A stretch of DNA of 64,000 nt from the human T2T-CHM13v2.0 reference genome, Homo sapiens. The notes below the pieces were generated by a model. That model was not told the DNA's origin. It was given only the letters and a program-made list of their open reading frames with translations, and made no database searches. Every line of letters begins with the position of its first letter. Position 1 is the first letter of the stretch. The stretch is from the NCBI RefSeq assembly GCF_009914755.1, contig NC_060931.1; one strand, given 5' to 3'. This document shows, in pieces, positions 1-43,976 of the stretch. A program made the position numbers and the translations under genes.

Positions 1-1849
1 TCATTCCTAGCTCCCCAATGCCTTCAGAATAGAAATGCAGGAGAGGTGGCAGTGGAGAGTGTTCTTTAATCTTTATCGTCACAGAAATTCACTAGATAAT
101 GTCTAAATTTGATTAGCAAGTAGAGATAGAAGGATTTGATTCCAGGGATGTGGAGGTGATGACAGGAAGGAAGAGCTAAAAGAAAGAAAAACTGGTTGTC
201 CCCTGTGAGTAAGACATGGGTGAGAAAGAGGGGCTGTCCAGGACGCAGTTGCTCTCTATCAGATCTGCCACTTGATTTGTAAGTCATGAGCACGATGTAC
301 GTCATTTTCTTTTAATTAGGAAAGCTCACTGTGAGATAAGAATTTAAAAAATAAAACCAGAGTACCAAACGGGATGTACAAAACCCTCCCTGCTATGGCC
401 CCTGCCTTGTGTCCTCATACCCTGTGTGAGCTCTGGCCACATTGAGCTATTGGGGTTCTGGGTTGCTAAGTTGGGTCTCTGCACAGGCTATGCCACTTTG
501 TCAGAATGCCTTCCTCCACCATGTTGACCTGGCTCACCCTCACCGATGCCTCAAGACTCAGGTCAGGCCAACACTCCTCCTGGGCCTCCTTTCCTGCCCC
601 TCCATGCCCAGGTCATGTGTCTCTCCTGGGACATGTGGGGCTGCTGTGTATTGACAGCCCTCTCCCAGCACACTGAAAGTGTCTGGGTACCCCATGTCTC
701 ACCAGTAGTCTTAGAGCTTCCTGAGGGCAGGGATGCCTCCCTCCTACTTTTTATCCACAAATGCACACAATGTGGTAGGCACTCAGTTGGTAAGAAAGGA
801 AAGAAGGAAGGAGAAAAAGGAGAGAGGAGACAGCAGGTGCAAGTTAAGCATTGCCTAAGAGACGCAGAAGGGTGGTAAGGAGGACAGGAAGCGGGGATGG
901 AGAGACCTATCTGGAGGCCTAAGAGGAAAAGAATGACAACTAATCGTGCTTTTCTGAAATTTTCAGATTCCTAGATCAAGGTCACCTAAGCAGGCCTGGC
1001 TAACAACGCACAGAGAAGGTACTCCAATACATCCCTTTAAAAATAAATATCATCTAACAATGACTGGAATTTTTTACTCCACAACATGGCTTGCAATTTA
1101 ATGAGCTTTCAACAACCAAATCCCCTATGCAGGCTGGCATTTATACGTCACTGAGAATTGGCCTAATGAGATTTGCTCTCACTTCCCAGCCAGCTGAGTT
1201 CATTGCCTGGAAGGAAATGCCCAGAAGGAGTGGGCAAAGCAGTGCCTGGGGCACTACTGGGTCGTAAGGGCCAGGGATGTACTATGTGGAAAGGATGGGG
1301 AACATAGGCCACCACAGTGGGAAGTGGGTAGGCCCCAGAACCAGTTGTCCAGCCCAGCTCTAGACCTTTTTCCCCCCCATGATCCCAGACTTGCAAAGGA
1401 ATGAAGTTTTCAGAGAAAGCTCTGCTAGCTCTTACAAAGAGCTTCTCCGATTCCCTAACTGGGCATGAGTTCCTAACCAGGACTGCCCATCAGAATCAAG
1501 TGGTAAGTCTTTGTCACAACACACATGTCCAGGCCAACCCTGGGTTAATTTGGATCAAGAACCTGGCATTTACTTGAAAAGTTCTGTAGACGTTTTGGAC
1601 GTGTATCCCAAGTTGAGAACCGCTGGGCCATAAAGAGAGAGAGAGAGATCTGGTTCCCATGTAAGTCAAGCTGCCTTCCAAAGGTTAATTTCATGTCCCA
1701 GTCTCTGCATTTTCTCAGGGGTATTGGCTTGGGAGATTACCCCTTTCTTCTGAAGAGTCTCCACCCATTCCCACAGAATTATGACTTGCCCTATATGCCA
1801 GTAGGTTAACCCCATCAAAAAACAGTGCCAATTATCAAAACTGGAGAGG

Positions 1850-1889
1850 AGTATCTGGGGGTATGAATCAGTATCTGGGGGTATGAATC
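1850..1889. repeat. 20-bp perfect tandem duplication
   Basis: AGTATCTGGGGGTATGAATC x2. Confidence 0.9.
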
Positions 1890-2737
1890 TTTCTATATCT
1901 GATCCTCTCCCACAGCACTTCTCAAGTGCCTCTCCTCTTGACAGGGAAAGATGAGATGTGTAGATACACGTGAGTGTGGCAAGCCCTGGCTAGCCAATAG
2001 AGAAGACTGGGACCTAGCACATCACTCTGGAGGGAGAAATGGCCTTGTCTGGTGTTTAAAGGTGAGGATTCTGAAGGGAGGCAGACTTGCAGCCCAATCC
2101 TAGTGCTGTCCTTGCTAGCTCAGTGTCTTTGCCAAATTATTCAACCTCTCTTGACATCAGATTCACCATCTTTAAAGTGGTGATGATTGCATTTATTTGT
2201 TAGGATTTCTACAAAGATTAAATGAAAGAATAATGCTTTGTCACTCAAAACGCGGTGCACAGAATCACAACATTGGCCTCCCCTGGCAGCTTGCTGGAAA
2301 TGCCAAGTCTCAGGTCCCACCCAGCCTTACTGTCAGAATCCACAGTTTAATAAGGCCTCAAAAACACTGATGAATGCATGTGTTCATGATCAGTGCTCAG
2401 TGGATGTTATTTTTACCTACCGGGCTCCCTGGTTCTCCTCATCTCTTTCCCTGTCTATAATGTGCTGTGCTTGTTCCACCATGAGTTGGTTAGGACCCCT
2501 CAACAAAGTTGTATAGAGTTGGCAATCAGTTGCTTTTCAAATAGCAGTGGTGCTTTGGATTGTTCAGAACTTACGAGGGATGATGATGTGTGGACAAATA
2601 GATCCCACGGACTGTGATAGGTAGAAGATGATTTTTAAAAGATGGAAACACAGTAGGGATGATTTTGCCTTCAATAAGTCTCCTGATGCCAATCCCTTCC
2701 CTCTATCTCCCCACTACATTCCTAGGCCAATCCACCA

Positions 2738-3039
2738 TTTTTTTAAATTTATTTATTTTGAGACGGAGTCTCATACTGTCGCCTGGCCTGGAGTGCAATG
2801 GCGTGATCTCGGCTCACTGCAACCTCTGACTCCCACGTTCAAGCGATTCTCCTCTCTCAGCCTCCCGAATAGCTGGGATTACAGGTGCTCACCACCATGC
2901 CTGGCTAATTTTTTGTATTTTTAGGAGAGATGGGGTTTCACTATGTTGGCCAGGCTGGTCTCAAACTCCTGACCTCGTGATCCGCCGCCTCAGCCTCCCA
3001 AAGTGCTGGGATTACAAGCCTGAGCCACCGTGCCCAGCC
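2738..3039 (-). mobile_element. Alu (S-type)
   Basis: T-rich tail followed by reverse-complement Alu body. Confidence 0.95.
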
Positions 3040-3730
3040 AACATTATCTTTTGCTTGCTAAACTGTAATAGCCTCCTGACTGGTCTCCCAATGTCCTTCC
3101 TACCACCCCCCACATCTGTTACTCACCATGCAAGCAGAGTAATTTTTCTAAAACAAAAATTACTCTGTACATCCCCCTGTTTAAAATCCTTCTGACTTCC
3201 CATCCCCCTGGGGATAAAGCGTAAAATCCTTTAAGACTATATAATTTGAGAAGGATCTGTCTGGACAACCTCACCTGGAGGTACCCAACCCAACTCTCTG
3301 TGCTCTAGTGAATCTTCTTTCAGTTCCTAGACTTTGGTGAGGTTATTCCTGCCTTGAGGCATTTGAATATGCATTCTTTCTGTCTAGAACTCTCTTTTCA
3401 CGTTGAATTCATACCTAGATCTCAGCTCAGTCATCTTTCTCAGAAGCAGGCTCTGGCCTCCCAGAGGGACCAGGCCCCTGTTATAAGTTTTTTCCCCACT
3501 CTGTGCTTTTCTCATCATAAGAAAAAAATAATATTGATGCCAACAGTCACAGATTATAATGAAGTATCTATTTGTATGATCGTTTGATTAATACAAACCA
3601 GTCTGTAGACTCCAAGAAAGCAGACATCATGTGTGTTTTGCTCAGACCATGGCTGTTGAATTTCCAACACCTGGAACAGCTGTTTAGCCTATATGAGGCT
3701 CTCAATAATAATTTATTTAATGAATGGATT
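3040..3730 (+). mobile_element. L2 3' remnant
   Basis: L2-like text (aatagcctcctgactggtctccc...ctcaataataatttatttaatgaatg). Confidence 0.6.
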
Positions 3731-3914
3731 AGCAAAATATTTCTGGGAAAGAGAAAATCAAAGGAGGGCTCAAGAGAATCTTTTTCAAAAGTCAAAAAGG
3801 AGATGTGACGAGAAATTTGAACTCCCTGCTGAACAGTAATCCGGGAATCTAAATGACCAGAGTGGTGGGCCTAAGACTGGAAAGGCAGAGCTGCACTTAC
3901 CTCAAAGATGGAAG

Positions 3915-4098
3915 CCAGGGGTTCTCAACCTTGGCAGAACATTTGGCTCACTCAAAGAGTTTCTTAAAAATACCAAGGCCAGAGCCTCAGCTTCAGACAT
4001 TCCAACTTATTAGGTCTACTAAAGTGTAGCCTAGGAGCTAGTCATTTTACTAGCTTCCTAGGTTTCTAGTGTGCAGTCTGGGTTAAAAATCACAGATC
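3915..4098. mobile_element. MER5A-like hAT MITE
   Basis: ccaggggttctcaaccttggc...gtgtgcagtctgggttaaaaatcac. Confidence 0.55.
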
Positions 4099-5676
4099 TG
4101 GCAGGAAGTAGGATTTTCCTAAGGTCAAACAAGTATTAAATTTCAGAGTTAGGGCTAAAACCCAAGCTGCTGGACTCCAGGACTTTGAGCTTTTTACTCA
4201 CCTGGAAACCTAAGAGAACTAGTACTATAGTGCATGCTGCTCTGCTTAAACCAAGTAGAAATATATGGAGATAAGAAGTTAACTCAAATTAATAGAGTTC
4301 TGGGAAATCTCTAGTAAAGCAGAACTTTTATGGCTGAGCAATGAGGTGTCTTAGAGTCATTAAGATAGCCCCCAAATTGGATAGAAATAAACTAACTCCA
4401 GCTTTACAAACATCAGCTTTTGTGTAGTTTTTTGCTACCTTATACAGAGGAATTTGTTTTCTCTCATCTGTTCTGAGATGGTGCTGTTGCACTACTCTTA
4501 TAAAATGCCAGATATTAAACTAGAAAGGATCATAGGGGTGATGGAGCCCAGTGATTTCCACAGATCCCAAGAGATCTGCAGAGGAAGTCCTGAAGTGACT
4601 GAGATCCCTGTGATCCCAGAGTTATTAATATAATTGGACAGTAAAGTATTCATTCATCTAAGAAAAAGCTCCACCAGCTAACTAATATGTCAACAATTGC
4701 ATGAGTCAAATCAAGACACTGTATTTGTGCGTTTTCATTTTTTCTAAGACTTTCAAGTAAGAAAACAGTAGGAAAAAAAAGGAATTTCCTATTATTTAAA
4801 AAATCTGGTGCACTGTGAAAACAGAATCTTTCAAATCATGATGATAAGTTTAGGAGCCCCTGATCTAATCCAAATGGGCTTACTACTGAATAAGAAGAAC
4901 ATAGTCATCCCATAAATCAGGGCCAGGGCTCAAAGCATAGGGACTTTTCATTAGCATTCTTTGTTATCTAACCCCTTCCAGCAGCATTCTCAATCCTCTT
5001 ACCCACCCACTTCTCCACCAAGAAAAGAATATCTGAAAGTCCAAAGTCTTCTCTTTGAGCTGAAGTGGCTTTCACTGAAGCAGAAGGCAGAAAGGGTAAA
5101 AATGCCAAGGAACAAGAAGGAAGGCAGAAGAGAGAAAGAAAGAAGGATGGGTCAGGTGTTCAGCTATAATTATGCTTCTGAGTCCTGAAGCAAAGGAGGC
5201 GGTCTTTTACATACAGACTATCTGGATCAAAGAAATGTGTTTGTACATAACTAGCCCTGTCCCAAAGAGAAAGAGACACACAGGAAGGAGAGTTTTGGTT
5301 ATCAGTGGCTCAGCATTGCCCACCTTTTAACCCAGAGTCCTGTCTACCTTCAAAATGCAGAAAATCTCCAAGTAAATTTGAGACAAAGGAAGGTTGGAGA
5401 AGACATATCTGAGGAAATAGGGCCAGGAGCATTGGAAAAGTCCAGTCATCCCCACCTTGTTTGTGTTTTCTCAATTTCTAATCACTCCTCCCTCCACTTG
5501 CCATCTCCTAACTGTCCTTATTTTCCTCATGTCTCCATGCCAGGGACAACTTTTGCGGCCAGACTGAGATGCATGCAGCACAACTGCTTCCAGTGTCTCT
5601 AACACATTCAGGCTTGTCCTCCCCAGACAGCAAGACCTACTTGGTGAGAGGCAGTGTATCTGGACACATGACACAC

Positions 5677-5831
5677 TGTATATATATACATATATATATA
5701 TATACATATACATGTATATATATACATATATATATATATACATATACATGTATATATATACATATATATATATATACATATACATGTATATATATACATA
5801 TATATATATATACATATACATGTATATATAT
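5677..5831. repeat. AT-rich minisatellite, 36-bp unit x ~4.3
   Basis: CATG recurs at 5711, 5747, 5783, 5819. Confidence 0.95.
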
Positions 5832-6948
5832 AAAGGCAATTCTAAAAACAGGAGAGATGGAGTGTCTCTACCTAGCATAGGGTTCATTTGGGCTCTTTGC
5901 CCTGTTCTTTCTCTGTGCATATCGCTGTCTTTGGTCTAAACAAATTCAGGATTTTTGCTTCTTGGCTATAGAAAGTTTATATTCTCTTTCGGACTGAAAC
6001 TACCCTGCTTCCTAGTCCAGGCTGAGCTATACCTATGGCTGCTCTCTCCTGCATTGAGATAAATCTCCAATCACTCAGTTCTCACTTGCTTTGCAAAATT
6101 CTTTTTCCTGGTCTTTTGCTTTCTGCTACATACCTACATCACCTTCTGTGTATTTTCAGCTCACCAGGACAAAAATTTTAGTAATCCACAAAGAGTCAAC
6201 CCCTCAAATATAGCTACAGTTGTTAAATATATATATTCAGAAGTGCTCATTAGAGTCTACCCTTTCTGTTGCACAAAAAGGAGGTTTACTTTCTTCAACA
6301 GCAGATTTCTATATTTACTGTGTACCTCGAATCAGTCCTCTTCCTAACCCTAGTTTTCCCTTGGCCACCACAACACAGAATGGCAGGCCCACAACACTAA
6401 ATGGAGCCTCAGAGAGTATTTACTTCAGCCTGATACCCAATCCAGACATCCTTCTGCAGAGTGTCTGACAGGCAGTCAGACAGCTGACACATTATTCCCA
6501 TGGGCCCATATAGACAGCACACAGAAGAGGGTGCAGGCCAGCAGGGCTGTCTGTGTTGCCCAAATACAACAAAAATGGACTCAGAAATGGACTTGGAGCA
6601 CAATTTTCCTCCTTTTGAGCAATAGAGTTTACCTTGAACATCCCACTACAAAACCCTGATACTTTTTGTAAATTACCAAAAAATTTCACAAAAGCACAGG
6701 CTTACTCATGCCAAGCACTCTTTCAAAGTTTGTGTGAGAAAATCCACAGCTCCCTGGACAAATGCTCTTGTGCTCATTAAACCCCATCTGTGGCCTCCTG
6801 GTCTCATGTCTAATTTCTACCTGGGTGTTTAGGAGCCTACACCTGCTGGAACCCAGAGCGTGGCATCGTCCCTGAGTAGCATGGCTTCGTTTCCAGCACC
6901 ATCACCCCTTGATGCAATTCTCTCTCATCCCCTTCTGAGGAGAATCAC

Positions 6949-14878
<7,930 letters not shown>

Positions 14879-15240
14879 GTCTTCTCCTTGCAGACACTGG
14901 CAGATTATAGAAATGTGGCGAAAGAAACAGGTCTAGGATGACAGCAACTGAGCAAGAGATGGGGTCTATTTGGGGCTGGGACTCTGAGTTTATCTCCTGT
15001 ATGACTTGTGTATGCAGCATGCAGCTTGTAGGTGTGTGTGTGTGCATGCAGTATGTGGGTTGTGGGGTGTGCGTGTATGCACAGTGTGTGGCTGTGGTGT
15101 ATGTGTGTGCATGCAGTGTGTGGTTGTGAGGTGGTGTGTGTGCATGCAGGTGCGCTGAGGGGACTGACCGCCCTGCCTGGGGAGAAGTGCTTTTCCTGGA
15201 GGGGGAGGAGCTCTTTGCAGAGCTGAGCCCCACAGCCACA
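14879..15240 (-). promoter_or_regulatory. TRPV5 5' leader / proximal promoter with a degenerate (CA)-rich tract
   Basis: Lies directly 5' of the TRPV5 ATG; CA/TG-rich 15007-15150; GC box GGGCGG near 15168-15173. The TSS cannot be determined from sequence. Confidence 0.6.
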
Positions 15241-15988
15241 GAACCACCCTGGGGAAGAAAAGGAGGAGGGGAAGGAAGGTTCCTAACTGTGGGCTGGGAT
15301 GGCTGAGACCCGAGAAGCTAAGAGGTGGGGCAGAGGAATTTGGAAAAAGAAAAGGGATGGAAGGTGGGTCCACAAACAAGGTGCACAGTTAGTTGCATGA
15401 GGGAGAGGAGGAAATAAAGACTTCCAGCTCAAGAGTCAGGCAGAGCCTGGTTCAAATCCTGACTCTTATCCCTTACAGTTAGGTGAGCTTTCTGAGCCTC
15501 AGTTCCTAACCTGTGAAATTGGGGTAACGGCTATGCCGTCTCACGGGAGCATCTGTAAAGCATGTGTCACAAGTACTCAATCACTGCCGATCCTCCTTCC
15601 ACAAGAGGGCTCAAGAGACCCCCGGGCTGCTTCTCAGAGCTTCCCATTTATGTGTCTTGTGGTCATCTCTGTCCTCAACCCTGTACCTCAAAGGAGGGTT
15701 TCTGACCCCCACTTCCCAGGCCAATCCCTCTCTGTGAGAAGTCCTCATGACCGTGACCGGCCAGCTTCCTGGAGCGTCGCCGAGCAGGCTCTGGTACCTG
15801 GGGACGCAGGTCAGAGGAGCCCCCAGGGGCCTCGAGTTATTATGGAGGTTGAACAGCAGAAACTGAGCAAAGGTAGACGACAAATAAATCGTGATTCCAT
15901 GTTTGGGACTCTTTCCAGGAATGAAACACCAGGAGGAATAAGTAATGTTGCACTATTTTATATATTTTATATTATATTTTATATATTA

Positions 15989-16654
<666 letters not shown>

Positions 16655-16682
16655 TATATGATAGCTTGTATTTATGTTCTCA

Positions 16683-16902
16683 TTTTTTTTATTATTATAC
16701 TTTAAGTTCTAGGGTACATGTGCACAATATGCAGGTTTGTTACATATGTATACATGTGCCATGTTGGTGTGCTGCACCCATTAACTGTCATTTACATTAG
16801 GTATATCTCCTAATGTATCCCTCCCCCCTCCCCCAACCCCACGACAGGTCCTGGTGTGTGATGTTCCCCTTCCTGTGTCCAAGTGTTCTCATTGTTCAAT
16901 TC
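16683..16902 (-). mobile_element. 5'-truncated L1PA 3' end (~220 bp)
   Basis: ttattatactttaagttctagggtacatgtgcacaa...; TSD tgttctcatt. Confidence 0.92.
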
Positions 16903-18299
16903 TGTTCTCATTGTTTTCAAAGAGGTACATCAATATTATTGAATTGCATTCACTCAATAGACCTATCAGGTAAATGAGAACAAGGAAGAATTCCGTCTGT
17001 GAGAATTCTTGGGTGTGCTGGCCCCAAGTCCCATGGCTAGTGGCGAGACTGTAACTGGCCATGAACTTGGGATCTCAGCTCCAAACCACTCTCCAGACCT
17101 TGTTGCTTCTTGGGAATCTTTTGGCTGTAAAGGTGTGAGAGACCAGCGTGAGGATACGCTGGGACTCTCCCTCTGGGGGTCTTGAGGAGTGGGGACTGCC
17201 CCCTTCTTTTGTTGTAAGAAAGAGAGATCTGCTCCCAAGATTGAGGGATGGACAAAATAACCTTTAGAGAAGGACAAGAATTGAAAGGAAAATAAATAAG
17301 GAAACTAAGAGGAGCTAGTGTTCATTGATGTTTCAAAAGGGGGAAAATTTGGATCTTTTTCTTATTAAAAGCCAAAAGGAAAAGTTAAGTAAAAAAAAAA
17401 AAAGATACAGTGGAATTATGTTCTCACTGGGAGTGGGGAGGGCTCAACTTGTGGGACATTTTTCTGCCTCGCTGGGGGTGACGCCCTTGTGGAGTGACTT
17501 CCAGTCTAAGGAGATGGAGGGAGCGATAAGGGTGAGGTGGGGGTTGTAGATGCCTTGATAAGCGAGGCAGGTCAGGAAAGGAGCACCTGCCAAGGAAACT
17601 ACAACCCATAAAGCTGGTCCTGGGGCGGGGGGGTTGGGACATGGGGGGCCGGCAGGGGAGGAGGCTGGCCCAGTCTGAGCTGCACAGAGCAGGTGTGCAG
17701 GGACTTGCCGCCAAGGGCATGTCCAGGGGTCTGGGGAAGAGAAAGGGGAGGCCCAATGCTCAGGCCCCCCCACCCGCCATCCCTGGGCCTTCGCCCTCTC
17801 ACTTGCCCTTCTCTGCCTACCTCGTCCTCTCCAGTGGGAAGGGCATGGACAAGTAACCTGGGTGAGGACCATGGTGTCCCCCGGCAGTCCCAGCTGGTAG
17901 ACCAGAGATTTGGAGTCTCTCCTGTTCTCTCCTTGCCTTCTCTCCAGACTGTTTCTTCCTCTTGTGATATTCGACATCACCATTCTATTTTTCCTTTTCT
18001 CTCCTTTCTTTTCATGCCTCTCTCAGCTTTCTGCAAGTGAGGACATCTGCAAACTCTCGCCTTCAGAGAGCAGCTTCCCTGCCACTGATGAATGGTCAGT
18101 AATGCCTCCAGGCACTCGGGAGAACTGGGCTGGGGGCACCAAACTACACCGTCAAGTCCCAGAACCCTTCACGCCAAAGCAGCCTGACCTCTTATTCTAA
18201 CATAATAAAGAGGAGGAGGAACCATAATACCTAGATTTCCATTTTTAAAAATTACACTCCCACCCTACGTGGCCACAGCCATCTACGAAAAGGATTCAG

Positions 18300-18931
<632 letters not shown>

Positions 18932-20154
18932 GTGATTATCACTGGATGGTGGAATTATTAGCCTTTTTGGGGTTTTGTATTTTTCTATATTTTCTACTTT
19001 GTAATAAGAAAAAATATTTAAGGGATTCCCTGTTTTCTGCAAGAATTTATCTCTTTTAACACTGCGGAGGTCAGGCGGGTGGTGGTGGCAAGGAAATGGA
19101 AGTAATGGAAACAACTCAGTTATTTCCACTCAAGCCTGCCCGGGAGGCAATTCTCACCCCAGCCGCCCTCCCCATTCATTCCCACAGAGCTGGAGATGGC
19201 TTCTCTTTTTGCCAGGAAACCAAGAGGCTGCTCCCCCAAAATAGCCAGGAGGGAGGAGATTAGTGATGGTTTTTTCCATTCAAGCATCATTCTTTGGATC
19301 TCACGTCAATGGGTTCAAGGTGGGGTGAGCAGGGTCACCTGCCTACTTGAATCTTTCCTTACTCACCTTCAAGCGACCTCCGTACCACTCCCTAGTCCCT
19401 TGTCATCTGGCTTGGACCATCAGGAAGTGTGTAAGAGATGGTGTCTGCTGTATGTGAGACAGCATCCATGTGGGCATGTCTGCTAACACGAGTAAACTCT
19501 GTGGGAAAGCATCTCTTTGTGTGTTTCTGTCTGCAGTTCCCTCTTGCAGAAAGGGTGCCTGTCTCCGCAGTGTCCTTGGACCTGCATGTGGTATTTCATT
19601 CAGGTCTGGTATGCATGGATGAGCAGGAGCAGTGTGAACTGGTTATGAGAGTTCAGGAGTGACTAAAGTCTTCTCTTACCTGTCTTAGCAGCCATCCTGC
19701 ATCTAATGGCCTATGTCTCTGTTGCTGGTTTTCGAAAAAAGGCCTTCATTCTGTCTCCCTAACTCACAACCCTCCAACCATCTCTGCCCAAGAAGCAGTT
19801 GGGGGTGATTACCCACAGCCGGTTACTGCCAACAGATCTGTGCTCACCAGGCTCATGGGCAGGAGGCGCATCCAAGTACTGAGGCAGGATTCTCCCAGAT
19901 CTGTTATTTGGGATCCTAGACTCCCTGCCGCACTGCGGCTTCTCTGCAGACTCTAACTCCTTTTGCCAAGCAATGAGGTTGGAGATGAGCCTCTAACAAC
20001 CTTTTCTTTCGTCTAAGAGTACAGAAAGGTGTAAAATGAAAGAAGAGGGTGTTTCAACCTGGTGGTACAAGAGGACAAAGGCTAGAAAAGTGGGAAAACC
20101 AGGGGAGGGTGAAGAGAGGGTGTGAATGGGCTCTACCAGCTGCAAGGCACCCTG

Positions 20155-20348
20155 CTCTTTGTCTCTCGCTCTCTCTCCGTTCACTCTCTCTTCATCTGTC
20201 TCTCTGTCTCTGCGTCTCTATCTCTCTGTCTCTACCCCTCAGTTTCTGCCTGTCTCGGTCTCTTTCTTTCTCTCTTTTTCTATGTCTCTGTCTGTCTCTG
20301 CCTGTCTACGCCTGTCTCTGTCTCTGTGTCTTTTATACACACACACAG
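20155..20348. repeat. (TC/TG)-rich low-complexity tract
   Basis: tctctgtctc repeats ending in (CA)n. Confidence 0.85.
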
Positions 20349-20877
20349 CATGTGCTTTTACCCATCCTTACCCTATGCTCCTCCCCATCTTTATTTTCTG
20401 GCAGACCCATGCTTCATGTAGAGCAGCATGTTCATACCCACGACTTGAGAATCCTGTCCGGCTCATCTGTTCTGGGCCTCATCCTATGCAAACCACTCTT
20501 GTTACAGAAAGGCCACATAGAATAGTGGGAAGATATCATATTTAAAAGTAAAAGTTAATCAAGAGTCCTTTTCTGCCCCTTAGTATTTGGGCGATTTTGA
20601 GTGAGAGAGTCATTTTTTCTGTGAGCCTCAGTTTCCTCATGAATGTAATAGATATGAGAACACTATGATTTTGCAGTCCTGGTTTCTACGTGGATCTAAT
20701 GGTGTAATGGATATGAATGTACATTGCAAGCTGTTAAGTCATTTCTGCTAAATACAGAATGACCCACTGTGGTCATCTTGGAAGCCTCGGCCATCCCTGC
20801 TGGCTGTGCTCCATTCTTGTGCCTCGCCATTGGAACGCTCTAGTGAGCCGGAATGAAGTTCAGGCCCATGGCTGTGA

Positions 20878-21998
<1,121 letters not shown>

Positions 21999-22249
21999 CC
22001 CTCCCTCCCTCCTGGGCTCCAGGTCACAACTCCCAAAGGAGATGCAGGCATGGCTCTCTGCCTCTGATCACCATCACTGTATCTCAAGGTTCAGCAGCAG
22101 AGATACCAGTTGCCATCAGTGCTAACTGACTGCCTCTCCAGGTTCGGAGTTTCATCTCCCAGGGCCAGAGACAGCAGACCCACATCCTTCTCTCCCACAC
22201 CTCTCCTGGTTTTGTTCAGGACAGCAGATTAGAGGCAGGAGGCAATGAC

Positions 22250-22255
22250 AATAAA
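22250..22255 (+). terminator. LLCFC1 polyadenylation signal AATAAA
   Basis: First AATAAA about 250 nt after the LLCFC1 stop. Confidence 0.75.
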
Positions 22256-22555
22256 ATAACGATAAAATCCTGAGAACAATTGGGAGCAGCTTTCCGATAC
22301 TTAATCCAAGCCCTTCTCGTCTCCAACTAGACTGCTTTATTGTCCAATCTTTGGTCCACTGGGTGGCCTTCAAACCCACCAGGTCACCAATTGTTGATTC
22401 TTTCCTTTTCTTGTGTCCATGAAACATTTTTGGCATTTCTCCCTCTTATCTTTTCTAACTTCAGGGTATTTTTCTCCCGTACAGTTAATGACTTCCAGGC
22501 ATAGAACATAGCAGGAACAAGTCATTAAGAGACAAGCGGAAGCCAAGTGCCAGCT

Positions 22556-22561
22556 TTTATT
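22556..22561 (-). terminator. KEL polyadenylation signal AATAAA
   Basis: TTTATT on plus strand, about 100 nt past the KEL stop codon. Confidence 0.85.
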
Positions 22562-22662
22562 TTTGGAACAGAAGCAGAAAGGAAATCTTGCTCTGATTCC
22601 ATGGATGTGACCAGGGAGGTGTTGGTCGATATTTCTGTGCTGTGGCATCTTTGGTAACCAAG

Positions 22663-43617
<20,955 letters not shown>

Positions 43618-43840
43618 CTGTCTATCTTCTGTGGCTCCAGAATCCTTCCTGGTTCCACTCTAGGAGCTGATTCGGAGGACTGGGGTCCAGGAAACACCCC
43701 CCGCCCCAGTTCCTTGATCCTGGAGAAGGGGCACTTCTGCTGCTCTTTCGCCTTGTCCCCAGACACACAGGACTGGCCTCTGGGTGGAGCCTGCTTATCA
43801 GTGGGGGGCACCCAGGCTTCTCCTCCCCCTTTATCTCAGC
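43618..43840 (-). promoter_or_regulatory. KEL erythroid-type TATA-less promoter / 5' UTR
   Basis: WGATAR motifs on the minus strand at 43622-43627, 43795-43800 and 43831-43836; CACCC/GC box CACCCCCCGCCCC at 43695-43707 (KLF1/Sp1 type). Confidence 0.8.
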
Positions 43841-43976
43841 TTCTCAGGGGAGAAGAGGGAGGGAGTCTTCACTCCCCAAGCAATCTTGCCCTTGGTCTGC
43901 TCCTTTTGTCTTGCACTGTGACTCTGCCCATGAAGTTCCTTTATTTCTAAAATATTCTTCCTTCTCTCATTTCTTC

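Noticed and set aside
5471-5939. ORFs rich in YIYMYMYI / [12 protein letters not shown]
   Set aside because: Translations of the 36-bp TA-rich minisatellite.
1-6924. TRPV5 exon 9 or later
   Set aside because: No S2-S6 or pore-like coding sequence seen; the region reads as intron 8 with L2/MER5/Alu remnants.
20049-20545. Overlapping 99-158 aa ORFs rich in S/L/C
   Set aside because: Products of the (TC)n low-complexity tract.
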